A DNA stretch of 64,000 nt, taken from NCBI GenBank assembly GCA_030603215.1, contig JAUVYF010000001.1, positions 9,257 through 73,256 of the forward strand, read 5' to 3'. Origin of the DNA: Candidatus Bipolaricaulota bacterium (GTDB lineage Bacteria > Bipolaricaulota > Bipolaricaulia > UBA7950 > UBA9294). Below the pieces are notes generated by a model. That model was not told where the DNA came from and searched no databases. It worked only from the letters and a program-made list of their open reading frames with translations. A program made the translations under genes and the position numbers. Below are positions 31,415 through 39,833 of the stretch, piece after piece (position 1 is the stretch's first letter; every line of letters begins with the position of its first letter).

Positions 31415-31933
31415 TTACCCCTTGTCTTGCAAGCGTTCGGCATGCTCAATCAATTGCTCCATATCGGAATTACTGAGCGAAGCCGTATAAGCCAGCAATC
31501 TTAGATCGAGGTTCTCATGCGTCATTTCTTCCTGGAGGCGATTATGGAACGCTCGTTCGACAAGACGGGGCGCCTTCCGGTGAACATTGCTATCGATGAA
31601 ATTAACCCGCCATTCTGGGAACTTGTTCAGACAGCCCTTGCTAATCTCTAGCAGATGCTGCAGGTGAGGCTCTCGAGTTTCCAAGATCCCATTCAGTTGA
31701 TTCACCACGGATTGGTTGTCAGCGAAGAATATCACTGACTGTGGCGAGTAAGCAAGCGTCCGTTTGCATCCTTCTATTAGGGCTTGGTACACAACTGCTT
31801 GCGGAATACTCCTGCCAATGAGCTTGGAAACCTCTTCTATGACGTTTCCCTGCTTGTCTGTAATAGCAATCCCAATCGCAGCCGCTCCTGGCTTACCTCG
31901 CGCCTTCCCAGCCACGTAAACAAATAGTTTCTC
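31415..31933 (-). CDS. RNase H-family (ribonuclease HI-like) protein
   Basis: MEKLFVYVAGKARGKPGAAAIGIAITD...VVYQALIEGCKRT...VIFFADNQSVVNQLNG shows the RNase H-fold DEDD pattern of bacterial stand-alone RNase H domains. Confidence 0.6.
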   Translation of the reverse strand, partial: EKLFVYVAGKARGKPGAAAIGIAITDKQGNVIEEVSKLIGRSIPQAVVYQALIEGCKRTLAYSPQSVIFFADNQSVVNQLNGILETREPHLQHLLEISKGCLNKFPEWRVNFIDSNVHRKAPRLVERAFHNRLQEEMTHENLDLRLLAYTASLSNSDMEQLIEHAERLQDKG

Positions 31934-31945
31934 CATAGTTTCCTG

Positions 31946-32017
31946 TGGGCCCACCAGGATTCGAACCTGGGATCGACCGGTTATGAGCCGGGTGCTCTAC
32001 CGCTGAGCTATGGACCC
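31946..32017 (-). tRNA. tRNA-Met (anticodon CAT)
   Basis: The reverse complement reads GGGTCCATAGCTCAGCGGTAGAGCACCCGGCTCATAACCGGTCGATCCCAGGTTCGAATCCTGGTGGGCCCA, with acceptor stem GGGTCCA/TGGGCCC, anticodon loop CTCATAA and T-arm CCAGG-TTCGAAT-CCTGG. It is not possible to say from sequence alone whether this is an initiator or elongator tRNA-Met, or tRNA-Ile2. Confidence 0.85.
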
Positions 32018-32089
32018 AATAAGATCCCACGCTGCAATATAAGTCAATGATGGATTGCTGTCAAGCCATGTTGTCAATATGTGGCGTCG

Positions 32090-32845
32090 TTACTGCTCTC
32101 TCCCGTAGCATATACTTAGCTGGATGCTTGCCTGCGTAGAATCTCCTCGTGTTATTGTTCCAATAACCTGAACACCTTCGTAATCTGTTTTTCTGTAAAC
32201 TAAGCCAATGGATAATCCAATCCTTGAGCTAGCAGCTTGCTCTGCTAAGTGTATCCTTGCCGTTAGCGCAAGCTTAGTGTTTGCGACAAATGTCAGCCCG
32301 CCCAGGAGTTCAATGCCCGTGGGTGAGATCCTGATCTCTGGGAGAACCATGATAGGGTCACTTGTCCAGCTGAATCCGATCCCAATGGTGTGTCCCACTA
32401 AGGGAATTGACAGATGAGCCTGTATGTCTGGGGTTCGATAGAAAACGTATCTTATCTTAAGAGAGCTTTGCCCTAATTCTCTTGTTGTGGTCATTGTTGT
32501 CTGCTCTGTGCCGTAGTAAAGGCTGACCCTTTGGGTCCATACAGAGGCGCTATGAACAGAAAGCTGACCTTGAACAGCCAATTGGCTGGTGATATCCATG
32601 AAACCGGCAAAGGTGAATACAAGCCCAACGGTTTTGTCAACATTGTGCCATAAGCCATAATCATCTATGGAATAGTACGGAATGGTATTGATATATCTCG
32701 AGACTTGTGCCGTGATTTGCCAAGCTTTCTCTCCTTCCCGAAATTGGAGTACGTCTATTCCTTGGGCAGTAATTGCAGTGAGTAGTAGTGTTACTAGCGC
32801 GCAAATGATACTAATCGACACCTTTCTAGTTAGCTCAGTATCCAT
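32090..32845 (-). CDS. hypothetical membrane protein with a beta-strand-rich extracytoplasmic domain; probable start at the internal Met at 32845 (the listed ORF extends to 33016)
   Basis: A charged N-terminus, one transmembrane helix (VSISIICALVTLLLTAITAQGI), then ~220 aa with alternating hydrophobic/polar residues (SLKIRYVFY, LALTARIHLAEQ, GLSIGLVY). No family was recognised. The 5' region overlaps the C39 gene in another frame. Confidence 0.5.
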   Translation of the reverse strand: MDTELTRKVSISIICALVTLLLTAITAQGIDVLQFREGEKAWQITAQVSRYINTIPYYSIDDYGLWHNVDKTVGLVFTFAGFMDITSQLAVQGQLSVHSASVWTQRVSLYYGTEQTTMTTTRELGQSSLKIRYVFYRTPDIQAHLSIPLVGHTIGIGFSWTSDPIMVLPEIRISPTGIELLGGLTFVANTKLALTARIHLAEQAASSRIGLSIGLVYRKTDYEGVQVIGTITRGDSTQASIQLSICYGREQ

Positions 32846-33510
32846 AGAAACATCTTCGAGAGTTGAATGGTTCTTGTTTTTTCCGCTATCTTCTCTTGAA
32901 TCTGTAGAATTGTCATTCTGGCTCGATCTGCGCTTCCTTGGTTTGGAGCGAATGCTAGGATTAATCCGTCCCAAGACCGACAAATCTCTACCAACGAAAT
33001 CACCCTCATTCCCCATGACGGATCGGCCAACACAATTCTCTGGCCGACCTGAGTTACCGCGACCGCGAAGTGGTCATCGGGTGTATCTAAGTGAATTAGG
33101 ACGGGTAGAGAGAGCTCGCGCAAGATTGTGCCCAGGTTGCCTTTGGGTATCTCATATCCCTTAGCCAGGATCCCTTTCTTGATACTGGCCTGTTTCAAAT
33201 CAAGCATTGAAACACCGTTCTCTGGAATCTCTCTGGCGAATTCATTCTCACTAACCTCAACTCCAAAGAAAGCTGAGAAGACAGTGGCAAGTGCAGCCGG
33301 TCCACAGCTATACAAGTTTTCCTGTTGATCAACCCCCTCGTATCTGAGCTCCCTGTAAGAGATCACTGGCCATCCATCAGCCGAGAGGAAGAATGCGGCA
33401 GCGATGATGCCTGCCAGAAATAGACCTGCTATGGTATGATGGAAACTAGGCGGGTTGTGCATAGGAAGATTCATGTAAACAACGCGGGAAGCACTCCTCG
33501 AGCTACCCAA
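32830..33510 (-). CDS. standalone peptidase C39-family (bacteriocin-processing-type papain-like cysteine peptidase) domain protein with an N-terminal transmembrane anchor
   Basis: The Cys motif ENLYSCGPAALATVFSAFFG, the His motif TPDDHFAVAVTQV and the Asp motif IVLADPSWG occur in the order and spacing of C39 domains. An N-terminal hydrophobic segment (IAGLFLAGIIAAAFFL) is present. The start may be Met13 or Met17. Confidence 0.7.
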   Translation of the reverse strand: MGSSRSASRVVYMNLPMHNPPSFHHTIAGLFLAGIIAAAFFLSADGWPVISYRELRYEGVDQQENLYSCGPAALATVFSAFFGVEVSENEFAREIPENGVSMLDLKQASIKKGILAKGYEIPKGNLGTILRELSLPVLIHLDTPDDHFAVAVTQVGQRIVLADPSWGMRVISLVEICRSWDGLILAFAPNQGSADRARMTILQIQEKIAEKTRTIQLSKMFLWILS

Positions 33511-33785
33511 GTGGTTCCTATGACAAAAAGCCCAGTCTCAATAATGGAGAAGCACGGTATCCTTATTCCCATGTGCAGACCCCAGAATAGTACCGTTATG
33601 GTTACTAGCAAGAGGATTGTCCATTTATACATCTTGCAGTACCGCGCTGTATCGTTAAGCCCCTTATGCATAACTATGCACCGGAGGAACACAATACAAG
33701 CAACGCACGTAATGCCAATAACAAAGAACAACAGCACTCCCAAAGCTGTTAACTTCAGATAGGTAAGCCAGTATGGCATTGTCAT
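33471..33785 (-). CDS. small polytopic membrane protein (104 aa, ~3 TM helices); immunity-protein-like by context
   Basis: Three hydrophobic helices (LTALGVLLFFVIGITCVACIVFL; WTILLLVTITVLFWGL; IETGLFVIGTTWVA). No recognisable family. Confidence 0.5.
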   Translation of the reverse strand: MTMPYWLTYLKLTALGVLLFFVIGITCVACIVFLRCIVMHKGLNDTARYCKMYKWTILLLVTITVLFWGLHMGIRIPCFSIIETGLFVIGTTWVARGVLPALFT

Positions 33786-33848
33786 ACTCCTTCTATTTGC
33801 CAGAGGTCAGTAGATATCTGGCCTCTGGCATGATTACGCGTTGTTCGA

Positions 33849-34244
33849 CTAGAACCAAGGAATAAAGTAGCCAACTGAAGCGCCCCAGCCAGCACCAGCT
33901 GCAGCGCCAACTCCTGCCGCGTGAGCGAGTCCACGCATGCTCCAATTGCCCCAGTTGCTTACTCCGTAGACACCAATTCCTGTAACTGTTCCCCCGATTG
34001 CACCCACTAGCGTAGCCCCAACCCAGGTGAAGAATCCTTCCCCTTCTACCTTTCTAAGTTTCTCATCAGCTACTTCTTTCCCTCCTTGTTTTTCTATCTG
34101 TTGGAAGGGGCAATCCAGCGGTTGATCTTCCTTTTGTTGTTGACTTGCTATCGTGACGGAAGTTTGAGCAAACGATCCGAAAACCGGTGCGATCACCATC
34201 AATAGAATCAGGCCAACGCTAAGGACACTCTTTAGTCTTGTCAC
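33849..34244 (-). CDS. secreted precursor with a Sec-type signal peptide, a charged middle segment and a glycine-rich hydrophobic C-terminal ~60 aa resembling class II bacteriocin cores
   Basis: MTRLKSVLSVGLILLMVIAPVFGSFAQT (signal peptide), then ...QQQKEDQPLDCPFQQIEKQGGKEVADEKLRKVEGEG..., then FFTWVGATLVGAIGGTVTGIGVYGVSNWGNWSMRGLAHAAGVGAAAGAGWGASVGYFIPWF with GxxxG and Trp-rich motifs. Confidence 0.55.
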   Translation of the reverse strand: MTRLKSVLSVGLILLMVIAPVFGSFAQTSVTIASQQQKEDQPLDCPFQQIEKQGGKEVADEKLRKVEGEGFFTWVGATLVGAIGGTVTGIGVYGVSNWGNWSMRGLAHAAGVGAAAGAGWGASVGYFIPWF

Positions 34245-34668
34245 TTCTTGCCTCCTTGTGTACGGTATGAAAGTTCATTGGGTTGTCATAATCGGAAAGG
34301 GACAACGAACATTACCGAGATCATCATATATATCACCTCCTCGTAGGCATTTATGTGTATAACACCTATTCTATAATAGATTCTATGCTTTGTCAAGAGA
34401 ACAAACTGCTAGATTGGGAGTTGATCAGATTACTACTAGTTATTAGAGAATGGTTTCTCGTATTAATGAAACAGAAGTAGACAGACATCAGTGGACGCAC
34501 TTAGTGATGGACCTAAATCCATGCTTTCGCCAAGGCGAACACGCCATATGGATATGGACACCTCGAAGCCCGGATTCTGTCCTCACAAGAGGAATGTTGT
34601 AGTATCAATTGCCGCTTAGACTTGAGTAACTATGAACAGAAAGACTCGCTGTTCTCGAGGTTTTGAAG

Positions 34669-35823
34669 CTACTTAAGTTTTTCCTCGGCAGAGAAATCTC
34701 GATACGGTGACAGGCATTTTAGGGTGTCCTGATCTTCGGCAGATACTTTGTTCTGCGTGACTACACGAGCAAGAAGCTCACCTAAGCCTGGGCCAAGCAT
34801 GAGCCCCTGGCCACACATTCCAATTGCCATTAGATATCCCTCTATCTCTTTGGTCCACCCAACTAGAGGCGAGCCATCTGGAGTCATTGGGTAAAGACCA
34901 CGCCAACTACGACGCACGCGGATGTTTGCTAGTCGTGGCATCAAGTCAACAATGCGATGGGAGATCATTGGCAAGAACGCACTAGTTTCCGACCGGTCAA
35001 ACCCCCAAATGCTAGGACTTGGCGTAATGCAGAATACAACCTGTCCGGTAGAAAGCTGGTAGAAGTAGTAGTTTAGTGAGGCTGGCGTGGGACGGATATC
35101 AACTACCATTGGATCAAGAAAGTGAGCAACCGGCTCAGTGATTCCTGCTTCGTGAGAATCGGGATTCACAGGGTGTTCAACCCCGACCATTCCTCCCACT
35201 TGCTTTGCCCATGCTCCAGCAGTATTTAGCACTACCCCAGCGGCGTATTCGCACCTATTGGTTCTTACTCCCTGTATATGTCCTCCCTTGACGGGAATGG
35301 CTTCAACCGTCTCGCCAAAGCGAAACACTGCTCCTGCGCGCTTTGCCTCTTCGTATTGAGCGTGGCCAACAAGCAGGGTAGAGCAATAGCCATCATCAGG
35401 GGAGAAGGTTCCCCCAATTAGACCAAGTGGGTTCAGATCAGGGATGATATCAAGCAATTCATTCTTGTCACACCAGTCAATATTGAGCTCATAGGCGCGT
35501 TGTATTCTAAGCAGATCTTTAAGGGTTTTCTCCTCTTGCTCGCGGTAGGCAACAAAGGAATAGCCACCTGTGGTCCACTCAATGTCATGGCCATAAGTCT
35601 CTTTCCATGTAGAAAGGATTTCGAGGGAGCGCTTGCTCAAACGGATCTTTGTCGGATCAGAGTGAGTGGCACGGACACCGCCGATTGCGGATTTGTTTGA
35701 ACCCTGACCCTCACTGGCAAACTTATCAAGCACCAATATCTTGAGACCAGCCTGTGCCATTGCCAGGGCAGTGGGAACACCGACACTTCCTGCGCCGATA
35801 ATGATAACGTCATAACTATCCAT
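34669..35823 (-). CDS. FAD-dependent oxidoreductase (DAO family); probable beta subunit of a D-hydroxyproline/D-proline dehydrogenase (HcnC/SoxB-like)
   Basis: MDSYDVIIIGAGSVGVPTALAMAQAGLKILVLDK is an FAD Rossmann GxGxxG motif. The ~384-aa DAO-like length fits, and the gene sits beside an HcnA/B-like fusion and a proline-racemase-family gene. Confidence 0.75.
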   Translation of the reverse strand: MDSYDVIIIGAGSVGVPTALAMAQAGLKILVLDKFASEGQGSNKSAIGGVRATHSDPTKIRLSKRSLEILSTWKETYGHDIEWTTGGYSFVAYREQEEKTLKDLLRIQRAYELNIDWCDKNELLDIIPDLNPLGLIGGTFSPDDGYCSTLLVGHAQYEEAKRAGAVFRFGETVEAIPVKGGHIQGVRTNRCEYAAGVVLNTAGAWAKQVGGMVGVEHPVNPDSHEAGITEPVAHFLDPMVVDIRPTPASLNYYFYQLSTGQVVFCITPSPSIWGFDRSETSAFLPMISHRIVDLMPRLANIRVRRSWRGLYPMTPDGSPLVGWTKEIEGYLMAIGMCGQGLMLGPGLGELLARVVTQNKVSAEDQDTLKCLSPYRDFSAEEKLK

Positions 35824-37912
35824 CGTTATCCCCCTTTATCCCAGCGAAGGACCCAAATGAAACTTCAACAAACAACGGACGCTTCACGAGTTCGGTGACT
35901 TCTTTTGCAGGAATCCCTTCCTCGCGGAAGATTCGTCTGATCAGTTCAGCACACGTCTTGCCGCCGCATGCGCCCATTCCCGCTCGCGTTATCGCTTTGA
36001 TTTCGTTCATGTCACGGCAGCCTTCGCGGATCAGTTGACGAATTTCGCTTGCAGCCACCCGCTCACAGCGACATGCGATCATCTCATCTTTCCTCTTCTC
36101 GAGCACGTCAGATAGCGGAGCAGACACCCACGGTTTCTGTACGCGGATTCCGGCAATGCGTTTGGCATAAGCTTTGGGAGCCTCTACTTTCACAACTGCA
36201 GTATGATCTCTCTTTGCGGCGAGTTGAACGCTTTTCACTTCTACTTCACCAAGCACCTCTCCCTCGGTGTCGACTGCGGTAACGGTTTGCCCTTGCTTGA
36301 TACTCTCTTGAAGAAACTCATAAGCAAGAGCCACAGTTGGCATCTGTTTATCCTGCCGGTAATCAACCAATGTGATTGCCAATCCTGGGCAAGCTGTAAT
36401 GCAATTCTCGCAGCCAATGCACTTCTTGCCAATCTCAGGCCCGACAAACTTGGGCCGACGCCTGATATCAGTTTCATCAATGTCAATGAGTCCTAATGGG
36501 CAGGCATATGCGCAAGGATCACACGGGATTTCTTGGCGACAGTGAAGAATGGGAAAGGCACCTTCCTCCTCAGCCGGAATTTCTTCCGGGTTAACTCTTC
36601 CAGGACTAGACTTGAGGATCTCAGCCATCCGGACCCATTCCGCAGGGATTTCCCCAACATCCACTCCAAGCGCTCTAGCTACTTTTCTCCCCGCAATCTT
36701 CCCAGTGAACATTGCCGCGGACGCCTCGGCGATCTCTTGCGCATCACCCGCAGCAAATACTTGCATCTTGTATTCCTGGGCCTTTTCGTAGAACTCATTC
36801 ACGGGATTCAGTCCCACAGCAATCAATACTGTGTCACAAGCAAATGATTTCTCGGTTCCGCGAATCGGTTGGAAATGTTCGTCAACTTGAGCAATCGTTA
36901 CAGATTTCACTTGTGTTTCACCATTGGCGCTGAGAACAGTATGCGAAGTGTAAATAGGAACACCCAGGCGAACCAACTTATCCCTGTGGACTTTGTAACC
37001 GCCGCACTCGGGCAAAGCTTCAACCAACCCTACCACCTGGATGCCGGCTTGCAGGGCGTGATAGCCAGCAATCAATCCAACATTCCCTCCGCCGACGATA
37101 AACAGCCGTTTGCTAGGCTTTACCAAGTCACGATTGACCAGTGTTTGAAACGCCCCAGCGCCATAAACACCCGGTAGCGTGTTTCCCTTAAAGACAAGGG
37201 ACCGTTCGCGTGCTCCCGTTGCTACCAGTAATACTTGTGGCCGAACAAGAACATAGGTTTTGTTATTCCGAAGAATACCTACCTTGTGATCGCTGAAAAC
37301 TGCAACCGCTACGCTATTTAGCCAGACATCGGTTGTGTCATGTTCCCTGGTCTTGCTCTCCAGTTGTGTAGCAATATCAATCCCTCGTGTTCCAGCGTGA
37401 ACAGCATTGGTAGAGCCAAAGAAGCGATGAGTCTGTAATACAAGCTTCCCCCCCAGGCGATGCCTGTCATCTACAAGTAGCGCTCTGATCCCGTGCCTTC
37501 CAAGCTCGGCGGCGGCTGACATTCCTGACGGACCACCACCGATGATGAGTACAGGCACTGCAATACTTTCCGTTCTGCTCATAGATGGAACTTGTCCTAC
37601 CTTGGGCAGATCAGGCAAGCCAGTACTGGGCTCAACGCGCATACCTGCCTCAACTGGCGTCATGCAGGCCTTTACCGGTACCCCGTCCGCAATTACTAAG
37701 CATTGGGAGCACTGACCATTGGCACAAAAGATGCCCTGCGGCGCACCATCTTTGGAATGATGCCCAAAGGTCTCGACGCCATTAGCAAAAAGAGCAGAAG
37801 AAATCATCTCGCCTTCCTTGGCGATAAGCGGTTGTCCCTGCCAATGGAAGGTGATGTTCTTGCTTGATTTAACCGACAAAATAGGATGTTTCTTGATTCG
37901 ATAGTCTGTCAT
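35816..37912 (-). CDS. multidomain oxidoreductase: an N-terminal 2Fe-2S (HcnA/SoxA-N-like) domain, an FAD/NAD(P)-binding pyridine nucleotide-disulfide oxidoreductase domain, an internal 2x[4Fe-4S] ferredoxin-like segment and a C-terminal BFD-like [2Fe-2S] domain. It is the probable alpha/gamma-fused subunit of D-hydroxyproline dehydrogenase.
   Basis: Cys clusters GIFCANGQCSQCLV, CDPCAYACPLG, CIGCENCITACPG and CRC...MGACGGKTCAEL. There are two Rossmann motifs (VLIIGGGPSGMSAA; LFIVGGGNVGLIAG). Confidence 0.7.
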   Translation of the reverse strand: MTDYRIKKHPILSVKSSKNITFHWQGQPLIAKEGEMISSALFANGVETFGHHSKDGAPQGIFCANGQCSQCLVIADGVPVKACMTPVEAGMRVEPSTGLPDLPKVGQVPSMSRTESIAVPVLIIGGGPSGMSAAAELGRHGIRALLVDDRHRLGGKLVLQTHRFFGSTNAVHAGTRGIDIATQLESKTREHDTTDVWLNSVAVAVFSDHKVGILRNNKTYVLVRPQVLLVATGARERSLVFKGNTLPGVYGAGAFQTLVNRDLVKPSKRLFIVGGGNVGLIAGYHALQAGIQVVGLVEALPECGGYKVHRDKLVRLGVPIYTSHTVLSANGETQVKSVTIAQVDEHFQPIRGTEKSFACDTVLIAVGLNPVNEFYEKAQEYKMQVFAAGDAQEIAEASAAMFTGKIAGRKVARALGVDVGEIPAEWVRMAEILKSSPGRVNPEEIPAEEEGAFPILHCRQEIPCDPCAYACPLGLIDIDETDIRRRPKFVGPEIGKKCIGCENCITACPGLAITLVDYRQDKQMPTVALAYEFLQESIKQGQTVTAVDTEGEVLGEVEVKSVQLAAKRDHTAVVKVEAPKAYAKRIAGIRVQKPWVSAPLSDVLEKRKDEMIACRCERVAASEIRQLIREGCRDMNEIKAITRAGMGACGGKTCAELIRRIFREEGIPAKEVTELVKRPLFVEVSFGSFAGIKGDNDG

Positions 37913-37990
37913 GTTCTTCCTGATTGTGCCTCTGTTAAGCCAGCTTGGCTCTCGTACCGATAATGCAGCACGCTCATTTTTCGCTCGATG

Positions 37991-38974
37991 TTAGTGCTTT
38001 ACCTCTTCATTTTCCAGATCAAAGCCTGCCGGAAACGGATCGTTCTTGGTAAGAATGAGGGAGCCAAAAGCCATCACGTGGGCCGACCCTGTCACCTCGG
38101 GGATAATCCCGACTATATTCCCGATCTTTGTTTCGCTAACGATTCTTCCGATAAACTCCGTGTTCAGGATCCCTTGGTATCGATATTCCTCGCCTGGCTT
38201 CAATTTTCCCTGCGAGTAGAGAAATGCCATCTTGGCACAGGTGCCGGTTCCACAGGGTGACCGGTCGACCTGTCCCCTTCCAAATACCACCACATTCCTT
38301 GGCGGACTGCTATTCTCGTAGAACTCTATGTGATCGACCAACAGAGGAGCGCCTGAACCAGGATGATAGAAGGAGAAATTCTCGTTGAGCCACGCCATGA
38401 TCGTTAGTCCAAGATCCACGATCTTACGCAGTCCTGCTCGTTGCAGTTCGACACCCAGGGAGACTGCATTGACTAGCGCAAAGAGATTTCCTCCATAGGC
38501 AACTTGAACAGCAATCCCATTCCAGGAAACGGTCTCAAGGTAGAAGGAGGGAACATTTCGAAAGGTGACGGCCCTCACTTCACCCTCTTCAGAGTGGAGA
38601 TGACAGCGAACAAGACCAGATGGAGTATCGACTAGGACCTCTTCCTTGTGGATTCGCCCCAGGCTAGCTAGAGCAGTTATGGCTCCGATTGTCCCATGTC
38701 CGCACATCCAAAGCGTTCCACCGTTATCGAAAAAGATCAACCCAAGATCCGTCCTGGAATCAGCCGGTGGAGTCACAATTGCCCCGAGCATGTTAGTATG
38801 ACCGCGTGGTTCCCGCAATAGGAAGCCCCGCAGATCCTTACCGTATTTCTCAAACCAAGTTCGCCGCTCGACCATGGTCTTACCGAGAATAGAGGGGAGC
38901 CCATCAAGAACAACACGAGTTGGTTCGCCGGCGGTGTGAGTGTCGACAACTTGCACAAAACGGCGAATCTTCAT
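37991..38974 (-). CDS. proline racemase / 4-hydroxyproline 2-epimerase family enzyme; both catalytic Cys are present
   Basis: VVDTHTAGEPTRVV, MCGHGTIG (first catalytic Cys) and DRSPCGTGTCAKMA (second catalytic Cys) are characteristic of PF05544. Confidence 0.85.
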   Translation of the reverse strand: MKIRRFVQVVDTHTAGEPTRVVLDGLPSILGKTMVERRTWFEKYGKDLRGFLLREPRGHTNMLGAIVTPPADSRTDLGLIFFDNGGTLWMCGHGTIGAITALASLGRIHKEEVLVDTPSGLVRCHLHSEEGEVRAVTFRNVPSFYLETVSWNGIAVQVAYGGNLFALVNAVSLGVELQRAGLRKIVDLGLTIMAWLNENFSFYHPGSGAPLLVDHIEFYENSSPPRNVVVFGRGQVDRSPCGTGTCAKMAFLYSQGKLKPGEEYRYQGILNTEFIGRIVSETKIGNIVGIIPEVTGSAHVMAFGSLILTKNDPFPAGFDLENEEVKH

Positions 38975-39303
38975 CCACTTGTGCCCTCCATAAGCCTCTC
39001 CACGGGGATGTAGTCCCGATCGTAACCGAAGTAGCGAGGACCGAACGTGGCAATCCCCCGTTCTGTTCGCATCCGTTCGTGTGCGGGGATGAGGAGTACG
39101 GTGCCCCGATAGCCGTCGTACTCGCTGAGGTTCATCTGAATGGATCCTCGAAGCCTTTCGTAGCGCCAGAGAGGCTCGCGCTCATGCGAAAAGGTTTTTA
39201 TGGCGAGAGCCAAAAAGCGCCCCCCAAGGCAGCAGCAATGATGACCAGCATTTGCTTTATCATAGGCCTCTACTTGGCTAAGTTCTATTTCACACTTCCC
39301 CAT
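38971..39303 (-). CDS. hypothetical protein (110 aa), translationally coupled to the proline racemase gene
   Basis: A 4-nt overlap with the downstream gene, plus coding-like composition. No family was recognised (an HHCCC motif is present). Confidence 0.4.
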   Translation of the reverse strand: MGKCEIELSQVEAYDKANAGHHCCCLGGRFLALAIKTFSHEREPLWRYERLRGSIQMNLSEYDGYRGTVLLIPAHERMRTERGIATFGPRYFGYDRDYIPVERLMEGTSG

Positions 39304-39509
39304 TAGGACGAACCTCTCCTTTCCAGATGCTCACGGTTATCATCTTTTTCTCGCTTTTTTAGGTTATCACTCTAGGTTACTCCACTTATACTTAGCACAG
39401 CTACTAAAATTATCACCACACCTAAAGCCCTAAATCTCAACATGCTCTACCTCCTTTTGAGTACTTCAAAAAGCTTACCCGAAGGGCTTCCACTTATCCG
39501 TGGTTTTTC

Positions 39510-39662
39510 CTATATACCACCTCCTAATTTGCGAAGCCGCGTCTTATCAGGCATTTTCTCGACTCCGGTCTTTGCGTCCGTGACCTTACCATTGTATTTT
39601 TTGACAAGCTCCTCTTGCTTCTCAAGGTAGTATTTGAACTCCTTTTCCAGTGGCGAGGTCAT
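39510..39662 (-). CDS. small ORF (50 aa) with a good ribosome-binding site, MTSPLEKEFKYYLEKQEELVKKYNGKVTDAKTGVEKMPDKTRLRKLGGGI
   Basis: GGAGG lies 7 nt upstream of the ATG at 39662. The product is Lys/Glu-rich. The ORF is not in the six-frame track because it is shorter than 60 aa. Confidence 0.35.
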   Translation of the reverse strand: MTSPLEKEFKYYLEKQEELVKKYNGKVTDAKTGVEKMPDKTRLRKLGGGI

Positions 39663-39833
39663 GCTGTAGCCTCCTTTTCCTTCCGGCACTATTTTATTCT
39701 ACGCCGATAATGCTCAGCGCGTAAGGATTCGATTTCCAACCGAAAAGCACGAATTATGCCCAGTCTTTCTCCATGTGTCAACTGGGACCGCTTTCGAGTA
39801 CTTTTTTAGGTGAGGCAACAAGCTGTGAGGTCC

